NCBI GenBank assembly: GCA_964187785.1 | Contig: OZ076411.1 | Location: 34,100,001 to 34,164,000, forward strand | Direction: 5' to 3' | From: Amphiscolops sp. MND2022 | Lineage: Eukaryota | DNA length: 64,000 nt | Part shown: positions 1 to 13,100 of the stretch, in pieces | How positions within the stretch are numbered: the stretch's first letter is position 1 | How the letters are laid out: the number at the start of each line of letters is the position of its first letter | Program-made: the position numbers and the translations under genes | Notes under the pieces: generated by a model | Told to the model about the DNA's origin: nothing | The model's database searches: none | The model's input: only the letters and a program-made list of their open reading frames with translations

Positions 1-1931
1 TTATCTGCTTTGACCCCTTTGTATCTAATATGCGTATACCGAGCTCGGTGGAGTTCTATTGAGCTTTTGAAAATACAAAATGAAAGTTAGGGACGAATGA
101 TGAATACTTCGAATGATATTGCAAGTATTCATTGCAAGGTTTTATAAGGAGAATGTATTTGGAGCAAATGTTGCACAGGTGCTTTACAGATGTTTCAGGG
201 TGCATTTTTTTGAAAGAAGCTGATAGATTTTTTGAAAAGAAGCGGCATCCGAAGTAATTTGGAGATTTCCCGCAAAGTAACCCATGTTGAGCTTTCCTTG
301 AGAATCTGTACAGATCTGTGAGCCTTTTTTCCTTGAGGATCTGTAAAGATCGTGCCACTGCTACGTAAGGACCACTGCAGATCTGCAAGGATCTATAAGG
401 ATGTTCAAGGATTTTCTGTACCGATTGTTCAGGAAATTTTTTCGCGGAGCTTCTGGGAAACAATGTATTGCATTTTTGGGTTTCTTCAACAAGTATTTTT
501 GCTGACCAAGGCTCAGTCAGTTGAAAATCTCCATCACTCAAAATTCTTGAGCAGGAAAACTTGTCCCCATCAAGGTAATTTTGGTGTCTGGGGAATGTTT
601 GGTATAGGTTTTCACGGTAATTTATCTATTTCGCTCAAACTTTCCAGAAGTTGCTGTTCAGCTTTGAGCGGCTCGTTTGCTATATTGACTTCGATTTGGC
701 GGATGTAATTATACATGTGGCTACCGTCTGGGTTGGTAGAGGTGTTGATAAAGGAATGTGGTTGTAATATTTCGGGAACATGGTTAGCTGGAGTAGTTTT
801 AGTAATTGCTGGAAACTTAGAATACATTATAGTAATTTATTGGTCATTTTTGTATGGTTAATTTACGACCAATCCTGGAATATCTGTCAGGATCTGTACA
901 GATCTGTACAGATTCGCACAGAACAATTAGTTAATACCGACACTCAGATGATTTTCCAATCAAAAGACGTATAAATAGAAGAAATTTGTCCCAAAGTTTT
1001 AGACTAAATGCATTTTGCCGAATGTCTGAAAACTAGGTTTTTGTTGTGCCAAAATCATTCTAAATGAAATTATAATCGCAATATTCATTGCGAAAATCTA
1101 AAGGCCAATCGTGATAACATGTATGCCACCACAAAAACGTTACGGCCACCGAAGTGGCCACCGATGGACCTGTACTGGAAGATCAGTGACCACCCCAGAT
1201 TTCCCTGGGTTGTCAACTCGGGTAACTTGACTTTTTACCCATTGACTCTGATACTTCCTTCTAAAACGCTGTTCATTTCCCAAATCAGAACACTTCCATG
1301 ACTTCAGCAGATCTGGGAAATTCTATTGAAGAGAAAACAAGCCCAAAATCTGTAGGTAAAACAGTCAAAATCTAAAAAACGTCAAAAAGCCTGTTTTTTA
1401 CTCAGGTAAGCCAATTCTAGCCTAAAAACGTTTTTTCAGTGAACTTTTTGGTTTGAAAATACTGATAAAGCTGATACTTTCACTTTTCGTATCTTGTAAA
1501 ATTATAAAGTAGCTTCGGAAACCTTGAGATGAAAAATCACAGCATTGTTTAATTACTTACACATTTTAAAAAGAACCATGTAGCCAGACGAATGCGCTTA
1601 AAATCGACAACAAGGAATGAGAAGAGAATGTCAAGAGTCGGCTCTCCGCTTGAGGCTCAAAAAGCGAAACAAAATTTGTCACCGTATTAGTTATATCACC
1701 GTAATTTGTCACCGTAATCACTTTTTCGTATAAAATGCGCCGCCTAAAAATGGTTTTTGTGTTTTTCTTACCGAAAAGCGTAAAAATGTGTAAGTTTCAT
1801 TGTTCTACCAAATATGAGAACTTTTATTGCCTTCAATTGCCAAAAAATTGTTTTAAAGGCCTGTTTTAATAGGTTTTTAAAATCCCTTAGCTCAATGTAG
1901 TTCGAATTTTGAGGATTTCACTACACATTTA

Positions 1932-2245
1932 GGATTTCTTTCACTATGCCCCCCCTCTATATAACTCGTTACACTATGTCCCCCCCCCCTAGAGAAAAAG
2001 AATGATTGTGGCTCATTTATATTTATCTCCTATTGGCTAATCTCTCTTGCTATTCTGTCAATCAATTGATCTTGTCATAACTAATGACACTTTTTATTGG
2101 TTCTATTATCAAAATCCCCACTCAACCAATCAGAAGTGTTGTTAGAGAAGAGAGATCTGCGCTATTAGAATGTGCAAAACATGTATTTAATAGCGCTTCA
2201 CTATGTCCCCCCTTTTTGCTGTAGGGGATATAGTGAAAGAGGTCC
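1932..2245. mobile_element. 314-bp MITE with 8-bp TSD (hAT/P/Merlin-type duplication length)
   Basis: Imperfect TIRs: GGATTTCTTTCACTATGCCCC at 1932 versus reverse complement GGACCTCTTTCACTATATCCCC ending at 2245. CACATTTA flanks both sides (1924-1931, 2246-2253). Subterminal copies of CACTATGTCCCCC at ~1972 and ~2199. Confidence 0.65.
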
Positions 2246-3149
2246 CACATTTATTTGCCACTTATTCTATTAATTGGTATGATTAACTGTGTTCGAAAAC
2301 ACACACAATGTAAATCAATTAAGGACTAAAATCAACAATAAGGCCGTAATCAACGATTCTAGCAACCAACACTACCTCATGACTTCCAAAAACGATTCTC
2401 AAAGATTTCAAGACATGATTTTTATTCAAATTGAGGAGCAAAAGTCTGAAACTGATTAACTTTCACTTAGCTTCATGCATTAGAAACTCGGATGAAAGGT
2501 TTTGGATTTTTTAGTAACCCTTTGAGTTTTTTTGCTGATTGGTCATCCATGCCAGATTTACGAAGAACCCGTACTTTTTCTTCCGCTGATGATTCTCGAG
2601 TTTTATGCGAACGAGTTTATTCTTGTATTTTCTGTTCCTGGATTAAACTCAAGAACGATTGAAAGATGGTAAACTTTGTTCAAGTGATGAAATTCTGATT
2701 CTTCATAAATACTAAAGAACATGGTCATCGTATGACCGAACCCTGTCAACCTTCGTTATCTCAAGTTCAAATTTCATCACGCAAACTCCAACTTATGGGG
2801 GAGAGATTTTGAATTTCTGTGATTGAATTTGAAAGAGGTCATCCGAGTTCGTTTTGCATCGCAGTATCTAAAAGTGTAGATACACAAGTAGCAGAGTGTA
2901 CGAGTTTAGAGTATAATGGCCAGTAGCAAAAGGTTTTCAGCGTCTATGCAACCGAGTGAAAAGTTCGTTTTCAGGTCTTTTTTGTGAGAACATAAAAAGC
3001 AGTGAAAAAAACAGTGATCATTGAGCACCGCACAAATGATGGTCTGTAGGGCTCAATTTTCAGCTTTGAAGCTTATATTCACTAGATGTCTTAAATATAT
3101 AAAATGAGAGAACAATACAATGTAGTCTTATAAAATATAATTCGAATCT

Positions 3150-4450
3150 TTTTATTTTCCGCCCATATTTCATATGGGAAAGGAAAATATTTAATTCAAA
3201 CGTTTTTTTACAAAAGTTTCCAAGCACAAAATTTATATTCAAATTTAAGGGTGTTACCCATATAATTCAACTCACATAAATTTAGCTTCGTGCAATTTGT
3301 ATTTGTGGAGATTTCTGGACTTTTTTAGTTGACCTCAAGGACCCAGGAATGACCCAAAAATGAGAAAATTTCCAAGTTATTACGTTTTAAGACAGTTTTG
3401 TCAATTTTTTGATGGATATCGTAAATTAGAATGTTGAAAATGTTTAACAAGGCACAAACTTACTGTCCAATACTCTTCTATGAAGAGATAATTGATGTTT
3501 TTCAGAAGAAATAGATCTCAAATTGACACCGAAAATGATAAAAAACCAAAAATTTTCTGATTTTCAACGTTTTTGTGCAATTTTTGTCAATTTATCGATA
3601 GACTTCGTGGATTAGAATGTGGAAATGCTCAACATGGCACTACTTCGTTGTCCAGTACCCTATTCCGAAGAAATAATTGCTTTTTCCAAATGAAAAGAAT
3701 CTCAAATTGACACCGAAAATGACAAAAATCCCGAAATTTTCTATTTTTCAAAAATTTTATGCTTTCATTCAAAATCTTTGATGGACTTTGTGGATTGGAA
3801 CGCTGAAAAGGGTCAAAAAGGAGAGAGAGTATCTCTACGTGAAAATGTCTCAAATTGACACCGAAAACGACAAAAAACTCAAAATTTTCCAATTTTCAAA
3901 GCTTTTATGCATTTTTTTTAAAGTTGCGACAGACTTCATGCTTTGGAATATTTTGAAGGGTCAAAAAGGAAACGTTTGGTTGTCCAGTAGTCTTTTCTGA
4001 AGAGACATTTGCAATGTTCTGAATGAAAATGTCTCAAATTGACACCGAAAATGACAAAAACCCCGGAACTTTCCACTTTTCAAAAATCTTATGCATTTTT
4101 TCCAACAATTCGACAGACTTCGTCAATTGGAACACGGTGAAAAGGGTCAACAAGGTAAGAATGTGTTGTCGAGTGGGCTTTTCCGAAGAATTTACTGCAG
4201 TTTTCTATGTGAAAATGTCTCAAATTCACACCGATAATGACAAAAAAGCAAAGTTTTCCAATTTTCAAAGTTTTTATGCATTTTTGCTAGAGTTTCGACA
4301 GACTTCATGGTTTGAAATAAGTTGAAGGGTCAACAGGAAACGGTTGGTTGTCCATTAGTCTTTTTTGAAGACATATTTGCATTTTGGAAAAGAGATAAAT
4401 ACAGTTTTCAAACGCAACCTTTCCGGAATTGACATCAAGAAGACAAAATT
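3150..4450 (+). repeat. Dispersed repeat with an internal ~184-bp tandem array (Helitron/Helentron-like non-autonomous family)
   Basis: The motif AAATTGACACCGAAAATGACAAAAA recurs at ~3520, 3705, 3855, 4038, 4222 and, degenerate, ~4425. 3150-3620 matches the reverse complement of ~42800-43310. Confidence 0.7.
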
Positions 4451-6581
4451 TCGAAAGTTTGGCGATTTTCACTAATTGTGTTAGTTTCAAATAGACTTCG
4501 TGGACTAAAACGTTAAAACGTCTAGAGCATCGGCAAATTTGTTGTTTCGGTGAGCTTTCGTCACGAGATAAGTTCAATTTGTAAAAGAAACATGCCTCAA
4601 ATAGACCATTAACTGTCGAAAAAATTGAAGTATTTGTCCTTTTTGATACTATTTTTGTACAATTTCCGAGAGGTTTTGTTCTAAGTTCCATTACAATCAA
4701 CTCAACAACGAAACAACGAGCTATGCATTACCTTTTTGAAAGAGAACGTTGCAGCGTTTCGCTTCAAAAATACTTCACAATGACTCCAAAGCAGTTTAAA
4801 AAGTTCAACATTATCGTTTTGTGCAACTCATGTACTTTTTGAATCGTTTTGGATTCAGAATGTTGGCAACCGTTCAACAAACACTCAAATCATAATCCAA
4901 TAAGCGTATAGATAATATTTGTAGACTTCAGTTGGAAAATGGCTCCAAATTTACCGCAAAAACTCAAAAACATCGAAACCTTTGTCGATCTGACATTTTC
5001 AGTTGATTGTTTTTTGAGGTTGGAAAACTTCGGTAGAATAGAAGCTTCAAAAAAGTCTGAAGCACGTTTTTGAAAAAAATGCCTAATTTATGGTTAAAAT
5101 TTCCCTCAGCATGATCCAAATATTGGAAAAATTGAGAAATTTCATTTTTTTTATTTTTGGCCGCTTTTTGTACAAAATTTGAGCTAATTCCTTGCAAAAA
5201 ATGGTTTGCTTAAAAAACTCAACATTGACTGATCCGGGTATCTCCAGTAGGCAATTTTGAAGCGATACTTGCATTTTTTGTGGGAATTGGCATCAAAAAC
5301 ACCCAAAAATCCATGAAACAACAGAAAGGCACGTTGTTTGACGAAACAATCCCAACTTTTATTCAAACCACGAAAGTTTCTGAAGAATAGAGCTTCCAAT
5401 TACCTGAGCTTTGCAACAATAGGATATTCAAAACACAATAGGTGAAAACAGTGGGATGAAGGTCATCGAGTTTACAACAAAGGTGTCAAAGTTTCCGAAC
5501 TTTGTTTACTTTCGACAGCATAGTCCCAATTTCGAACCCTTCCGAAAATTTATTCCAATCGGAAATACCATAGGCTCAGGATTGAAACTTGTAGCTATCG
5601 GTAGTGATTCGAAAAGATATCAGACAAGTTTATGTGCACAACTTTCAGAAAACTTTACTTGAAAGCGTAATTTTCGACCTCTTTTGTCCAATGTTTGATA
5701 TTTTAAACCTCCATTATTACTAGATATGGAGTACACCTTCCAAAGGAAATTGTTTCCAGCTACTTCGTGAATTAGAATGGGTAAACATTGAACAATAACT
5801 AATCCCGGTGTCCAGTAGGCCTATTTTTTGAAGAGACATCTGTAGATTCATGCTAGAAAAGTTTCTCAAATTTGGCAAAACTCTTTCCATTTTTTGACAC
5901 TTCTGGTGAAGCTGGTGGTGCAATAATAAAACAAATCGGGATCTCTCAACTTCCAAAAGTGTAAAGGACCTAGTTACAAGCTTTTACCAATTTTTCAAAA
6001 TCCATTTTTGGATTTTTTCTGGTAAAGTTCTATAATCGCGACACAAGTTTCAGCTCGCAAAACTACTTTTCTCAAGTCGAAATCAGCTATGAAAGCAAGG
6101 GGGTACTCTTTGAACAAATGAAAGTTTCGGAAAGACGCACAGAGCCGGAAAAATTGAAATGAGCTATTTTCCACAATCAATAAGAAACCCTGTAAATCGC
6201 ATAGCGCCAAAAAAACAAAACGTGGCCAGCTATCGCAGAAATGAATTAGGTGTTTAAAATGGGCTAAGACGAATCAAAGCTTTCTTTTCTTCGAACTTCT
6301 TTGCGTTTTTTAGTGCATTGGCTTTTCTTGAGCCTCAAATTTATGTAGTTGTAGAACAGTTTGGGGGCGGAAAATATCTCGCTGCTCAGCGGGCGTCTTG
6401 TTTTTATTTCATTCAGAAAAAAAACATTCGTCGTCTTTTTTGTTGTTAAGAGAATTTTTCGCTTATAAAATATGAACAAGTTGATTTAAATTTTCGAAAA
6501 ACTTCTCTCACTCTTAATATTATCTGAAGAAACTTGCTACGGTCAATGAGACAGTCAAAACAGTGTAGTTCCGATTACTAG

Positions 6582-7695
6582 AATCTCATGAGCAATATTT
6601 TAGGAGATTACGTGTACACGGCGAGCTTGAACACAGGAGACACTGACTTCTACGCCGCTATGTACCGAATTGCTCTGGTCTTCTTCACTTCAGTTGCACT
6701 AGTTATCCTCTATGGGAGGATTGTCTACGAGCTGGGAAAACGCAAGAAACAGTCCCGAAAGCTACACAAAGAACTGAGAAGAGTATCCGAAGCTCCTGTA
6801 GTCGGTCTTGCAGCTAGAGCCCAAAACATGCCGCCTGAGTAAGACTGGCTTTTTGTGAATACACCGAAAATTCTTTAAAAAAACCTGTTATCTTTCAAAA
6901 AACGAAGGATTGAAATGACTGTTTCGTTCTAGATTGCGGTCGCATTGCAGCCCAAGGTAAGCTTTTGATGCTCGAATGCACATTGAATATCATCTCTCAT
7001 CTTGGCTTTATCAAAATCTGACATTCTTCAACTGCAACTAAAAATTGTCTGAGTGCATTTTGTGAAATTGAGAAGCTGATAAGTTTGATATCAAACATTT
7101 ACTATATATAACCCCTGTTAGTGGTTTTTTGAACCTCGTGTTCAAACAAATCTTGAGCGAATTCGTTTCAAGGTAATCTGAAAACGTATGTGCCCATCCT
7201 TTTCGCTGAATCAGAGAAAATTGATTTCGATAATTCTTTCACATCTACGTTGTGCTCAAGTTATTTTCGTTTTGAAAAATTTTTTCAAACCTTTTCATTT
7301 TTTGCAGTTTTGACATCGCCACAGCAACCCAAGAACAAATCGAGCATTTCAAAGAACAGCTTGAAAGACTTACTTGGTTCTTCACCGGGGCCAAAGAGTA
7401 CGTGAAAAATCACCTTTCAACGACATTTGGCTTTACCGAAGACTCTGATGCTCAAACGGAAGTCATGTTCATCAACGTCTTCCTGTTATTCGGCTTAACA
7501 AATATACCCTATTCTTTAGTAGAGACCATCAATTCCCTGTCCGGGGCACCGAATCCAAATCCGAGGGGCGAAAGCATGTTGCTGCTGCTGTTCGTTATCG
7601 GGTTCAACCTGAACCCATTCATTTTCTATTCCGTTAATATTTGGTTCCGCAAGACAATCAACAACACATTCCGCAAAGTTTTCTGTTGCCGATGA
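6582..7695 (+). CDS. Class A (rhodopsin-like) GPCR, 3' exons TM5-TM7; model join(6582..6838, 6933..6956?, 7308..7695)
   Basis: TM5-like YRIALVFFTSVALVILYGRIVY is followed by a basic ICL3. TM6-like VMFINVFLLFGLTNIPY, TM7 FNLNPFIFY (NPxxY-like), helix-8 FRKTINNTFRK and a terminal CC follow. GT-AG junctions at 6839 (gtaaga) and 7306-7307 (tttgcag) keep the frame. Upstream exons not located. Confidence 0.8.
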
Positions 7696-9507
7696 ATTTG
7701 CAGGAAATCTGAAAAAAAAATACTCAAGAAGGAGAACCTTATGAACGGCAGCCCTTAACTACGGCAGGGGCCCCCGCTTTTACTTGAGGGGCTATGTTTC
7801 ATGAGGTGACAATTATAAACAGGGGTGTCCATTGAGATTAAACAATAACAAAGAAATTGATCAAAGTTGAAGCAAGATGAGATTCAGAAGAATCCAAAAA
7901 CGACTGATAACAGTTAATTCACTCCTATTTTGGGAATTACTGAAATACGGTAATATGTGTAGTTAGAGAAAAATTGTTTGAACGAGCATACTTGGAAATA
8001 ACATGAACGTCTTGAGCAATTGGTGTACCTGGGAGGCTATTCTTCAGTGAGTGAGGGTAACGGGCTGTCGTTCATAACATCGAAGAACGAAATTTTATCC
8101 CACAACACTTGAGATAAAAAATAAACAGCAATTAAAAACATACTGGTTCAGTTTGTTCCCAAGTAGTATCTGTTGTATCTTATTTATACTTTGGGTGAGT
8201 TGGAATATTATCGTAGCGCCGCCAAGGCATTTTTGCCTCATTTTGTTTGTTCACCAAAATCGATCATTTGTTGACTTACGTAATTTGTTGACTGTCCGCA
8301 GGGAGCTTCTGAAAAAATGTTCATTTACCTTACTTGTGGCACAATATTTTGTTCAAGTGTACAGGATCATTGTCCTTGATTGCAGTAAGAAAGCTTATAG
8401 ATTTAGATTTTTTCCAGTGAAAGTTATTACTTTGGATTGCGTTTTGCGAAATTCGAAGATTAATTGTTTCGAGTAATTTATCTTCAATTAAAATATTTAT
8501 ATTTGCGAAAATACATGCATAAACTCAAATTCTATTACAGAAAAGCTGTAGAAATTATATATTCCTCTATTTTATACTTTTGCAGGTACAGAAATATTTG
8601 TTTTGCTAATTCATTGATTTTTAACGAACCATTTTACCATCTTGCAGTAGTTTCTCAGGGAGAACAGCAAGCAATCCAAATAAAAACGATAATCTAAAAT
8701 TATCAACAATATAATAGCAAAGAAATCAATTTCCTGCAGTTTAGAATAATCGAACGTTACGACATTTTATCTTTCTTTCGAAATGGACCAGTTTTTCTGT
8801 TTTTTTTTTGAAAAAATCTAAACCTCTAAAACACCCGCAATGGGATCCAACGCAATACCGTGAGTTTCTACTAATGGATCCATCGGATTTTGTCGATCTT
8901 CATTTTCACAAATTCCATTTTGTCAGCCTAATTTGACAATCACATTCAGCATATCATCGAAAGGAAGGCTTCTTTTGCGTCAAAAAATATTTCCAAAAAC
9001 GGTTTCGTGCTTTTTGCGAAAAAAAATGAAAAAACATCAATGTCAACAGTTTCTTTTAAAGTTTCTTTTTACGACGGTATTCAGTTTTTGAAAGCATTTT
9101 AAAAGTTGCTTATACTTCGTAAAGCTCTCCTCCAGGAACTTTTGAAGCCTTTGAAGAACGCAGTTTTCGTGAGCTTTTCGCAAAGCACTTTGACTACAAC
9201 ATTTAGACAGAGAAGGGAAACAAGCAAATCCAATTTGCGCGCAGGTTTTCATGGATGAAACCTCCCTTTTTTCCAGACTCCTTTTTGTGGAGATTTAGTG
9301 ATTTAGAAAACCTTTTGAAAATACCTTTTTCTACTTTGAAGTATTTTTCTTAGAGCTAGGATATATGTGTATAAGAGGAGTCTTTCATTCTTAAATTATC
9401 TTTATCAATAATTCTCATTCTCAGTGAGAATACAACTCTATGAAAGTCAAAAGTGACAATGTCTACGGAAAAGCTAAAATATTAGTAGAACGAGATTTTA
9501 AATCATA

Positions 9508-9677
9508 CAGTCGACGTCGACTAATCGAATACTGACAGGACCGGCAAAATCTTCGATTCAGCTAAATTTTCCCTTAAACGAAACCAGTTAGAGGATTCTT
9601 TACAGCCGGAGATTGAAAATTTATTCGTTTACCCGAAATATCGGATTAGCCAATATTCGATTACCCGAAACCTACTG
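9508..9677. mobile_element. 170-bp Tc1/mariner/pogo-type MITE
   Basis: TA|CAGTCGACGTCGACTAATCGAATA ... TATTCGATTACCCGAAACCTACTG|TA. Termini are CAGT...ACTG with a TA duplication and an imperfect 24-bp TIR. Confidence 0.65.
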
Positions 9678-10399
9678 TATTTTCAGTTAAATTGCCAAAC
9701 TGGTGAAAAAAGTACCTCATTACGAATGGTACAGCAGTAGCACAATATAAATCGTTCACAGCAATGTCGTATATTTTTCACGAAAGTATTTGCGGAATCA
9801 GATGTTGACATTTTTTCACAAGATATGATGATCTTCAAAAATCACATTGAATTTCTTGAAAAGAATTTTGCTAGTTTCAATGCTCAACCTTTCCATAAAA
9901 GTAAGATCGGAATTCCTCTAATATCACAGCCCGTTCCCCTTCCCGTTCCCTGTCAACACCGAATACATAGAAGAGCGTCGGCCATGGAAAACTCAAAATT
10001 TTTGTTACTAAGTAAATTCTACTGACAACACAGCCAATTAGATTGTATGGAGGTTTTGAGAACAATGAATAGATGACGTAAAGTTGACGTGAAATATTTT
10101 CCGCATAAGTAAAATCCTCTAAGGAACTTCCAGTTTAATAATTTTAGACTAAACACTACTACAATTCCAATTTACTACTACAAATCCGATTTTCAATCTG
10201 AAAAGAGAAACGCAACATTTAAACCTTACTTTTAACGGATATCATACGACATGAAATAATCAAAAATTCAAGTCCTCAAAAGAGTACAGAAAGTCCAATT
10301 TAAAATGGCTGTTAAATTTACTAAGATTACAAGTATGTATTCTAGGAAAAGATATACAACGCAATGGAAGCGTCTTACAGCAAACGTAAAACTCAGAAC

Positions 10400-13100
10400 T
10401 GCTGTCATAACGAACCAAAAGCGTCGCAGCTAGGACGACGTACTTGCGCTGAAGCCAATAGGAGTGATTTTATGACGTCAATAGTATGAGAATTGGAGTG
10501 CTTTCTGAGCTCGACGTAAGTCTCCGTCAGTCCTTGGTCAACTATTGCTAATCTTAATACACAGGTCAACACTACGTCAAGTCTGATAGTTGACTCAACA
10601 GGCGATGTGCCTGTTTCTAAATAAAAATGAGTTTCCATAAGAACTAATGTAAATCACTAGGAATGTAATGTAGCATCTTGTTTGCCTAAGTATTTCAAGA
10701 GTTGTTTTGTTAGAATATGTCATGAAGTTATTTACAACTCACTAGAAATATTCAGTCGCAACGTTGTGCTTTTCTTTTTTCCACCTAAACCTCGAAGCCA
10801 ATACAGGAAACACGTTGACATTGCGTCACAATGATGAACTTCTTCTGATTTCCCAAGTGAGTCTTAAGCGTAGGGCAATTTTCCTTCCCATAGGCAATTT
10901 GAATGAGTGACGTTAGGTCAACTCTAATCAAATGAAGGTGCATGTGTAGTTGCAATCGATGAAAGTTTTCTGCTGAAGTACTGCGTAATATCTGGTGTGA
11001 ATTATGAATTACCAAACATTTACGATGAATGTGCTTGTTAAGAAAGCAAAATGTTGTTTATCTTCGATGTATCTAAATAAGCTGTGTTTTCCGGTCGTGA
11101 GACTTTCGTTGCGTTTCGTTTCAGTGCATTTTTAGTTGAAAGAGTGATATGTTGTGTTGTAACAATTACCTAATAGTGTTGCAACATTAAATGTATTTGT
11201 GATGATCGGAATATGTTAATGTTCAGAAGGTGATCTTCTAGCATTAATTTGTTTTCCCTTAGCACTTACTTATTTCCTTTTGGACATTTTTTCCTTCCGA
11301 TTTAGTTGCGTCGCCAATTATGCTTGCCATTCGTATGTTCCAATTTTCTTTTTTTTTCATTTTTGGAATTGAATAATTGTTCACGCCCAGCGTGCTTTCA
11401 TCGTTCAAAACTCAACTCGACTTTACTTTTGATGCCATTTTGAGATGAATGAAAAAACCTCAACAACCGTTACGCATGATTGGCGCAACTAGGAAATTTG
11501 ATACCTGAATTTTAGACGCTGTTCTGCAATGATATGAATCAACAGGACTTTTGGATGAACAAACTTGATTTTGGTTATACCTAGTAATTTTTAGGGGAGT
11601 AACAAGTGATAGTAGAATGATATAAATGCGTTGGATTTGTAACATGAAATCAGTTATTCGAGAGTGATCGCTGTTTACTCTGTTGTTAAAACGACTTCCT
11701 TCGGGAATCCAATTTCTTACAAACTCCTTGTTTCAAGTGAATTTGACGACTAGAAGTCAGAAAAAGGAAAACTGTGGATGAACTAGTCACTGGTGAGTTC
11801 GAGGCATCAGGAGCCGAAAATAACTCTGTTGCGAACCTAGTAGCTAGTCGAAGTGAAACTCCAAAACGTCAACTTGGGATTCTTGACGAGATCAATACGT
11901 CACATAGAATCTGATCTCACTAAAACATTAGCAGAAACTCAGAAGAAAACGCTAATACTAATAGCTTCAACTGTAAAGAAAACTTCGGATCCTCAAAGCT
12001 TCTGAAACAAGAAACACTTTTATCACACCAACATCTACCCAATAAGAACTAAAATGACTACTAAAAATAATCAAAACAGTCAACACATCTAATCTCATCT
12101 ACCGCTAGTAAATCTACTTTGTCGATGGAATTTGTATTCGATTTCATTCAAAGATCTACTTCCGTAAGCTATCGCGTGGTGGCTTCCTGCCACAATGTTA
12201 TACATAGTCCGGAAGTGCTAGCATCTGCTGTTCCTATGTTGTCCTTTCCCTTCCCATCGTGTGCTGGATATGGTCCTTCGGTTAACATTGGTTTTATTTT
12301 TCCGGAAATCTTTCTGTTGTCTTTCCCAACAAGTCTGCATGATGGGTTCCCTGTCATTCTGTTTTTCGATCTTGTCCCGATTTTTAAATTTTTTCGAAGT
12401 AGTTCTTCTTTTAGAGTATCTCTTTTCTGTTGAAATGGAATAGTCCGGTTTTCTTTCCATTTTTTGTCGTAGGTAATTTGTTCATCAGTTCAATTGTTTT
12501 TCAAATTTCTACTTTTTCCATCGTATGGTCCCGGAATTTCTTGTCGGTCATTGCGGTCAAGTATTTTGACTTTAATTGTTCTCCAACCGAAAACGTACTG
12601 AAATTGCACTCTCTCGATTTCAGTCAGTCGTCTCTGAAAATTTTTGGGTGTTTCATCTACAGTTTGTTTTGCCCAAAACAACACATAATTGTATGTGTTG
12701 CTATTGAGGGGATAGTATTCGGCGGAAAACCGGAACAATTTGTTTATTTTTCTACTGTGCGGTTCTGTTTTGTATCCGGATCGGGTTATCTTGTAACGTG
12801 CTTGGGTCCCACCCTCCAATTGTAATTGTAATTTTCATAAATAAACTGTTTTTTGCACATCCATCCAGATTCTGCGATGTCTTATACTTTTAATGACCGT
12901 GCGCTATCTACTCTATGTTTTCGCTTCGTTAATTGCCAAAATCTCTCCAGCCACTGTCTTGGTTTGAAAAACGGAGTTCCCTCCGGTGCCCTTGCTTCTA
13001 GATTCAGTACGGTGTTTTTCTCAGCCATCAACAGTTCGACTCAAAAAACTTGTTTTAAAACTTGGTGGACTGCGCCTTGTTGGATTCTATGGCTATACTA
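10400..13100 (-). pseudogene. Old, degraded Gypsy pol fragment (RT-RNase H region), split by a solo LTR; duplicated in the second tandem unit (~15821-18370)
   Basis: Minus-strand translation gives TADASTSGLCITLWQ (TDASxxGLGAVLxQ-like), then IAYGSRSLNEIE, and across the solo LTR LLAV...YISSYGNSFLFRNRHIA (RNase H YLxGxxFxxRTDH-like). Many stops and frameshifts. Confidence 0.6.
10679..12085 (+). mobile_element. Gypsy solo LTR (1407 bp) with CATCT TSD
   Basis: TGTT...AACA termini. CATCT at 10674-10678 and 12086-12090. Contains a decayed gag N-terminus (TTRSQK... from ~11743) similar to the MSTRSQKK start at 38223. Confidence 0.85.

Noticed and set aside
56-1301. ORFs 56-541 and 352-708, and AGATCTGTAC repeats
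   Set aside because: No recognisable domain. Probably a decayed repeat, and ends could not be defined.
3400-4450. Regularly spaced motif that could suggest a CRISPR array
   Set aside because: Eukaryotic context, whole units are homologous (no unique spacers), and there are no cas genes.
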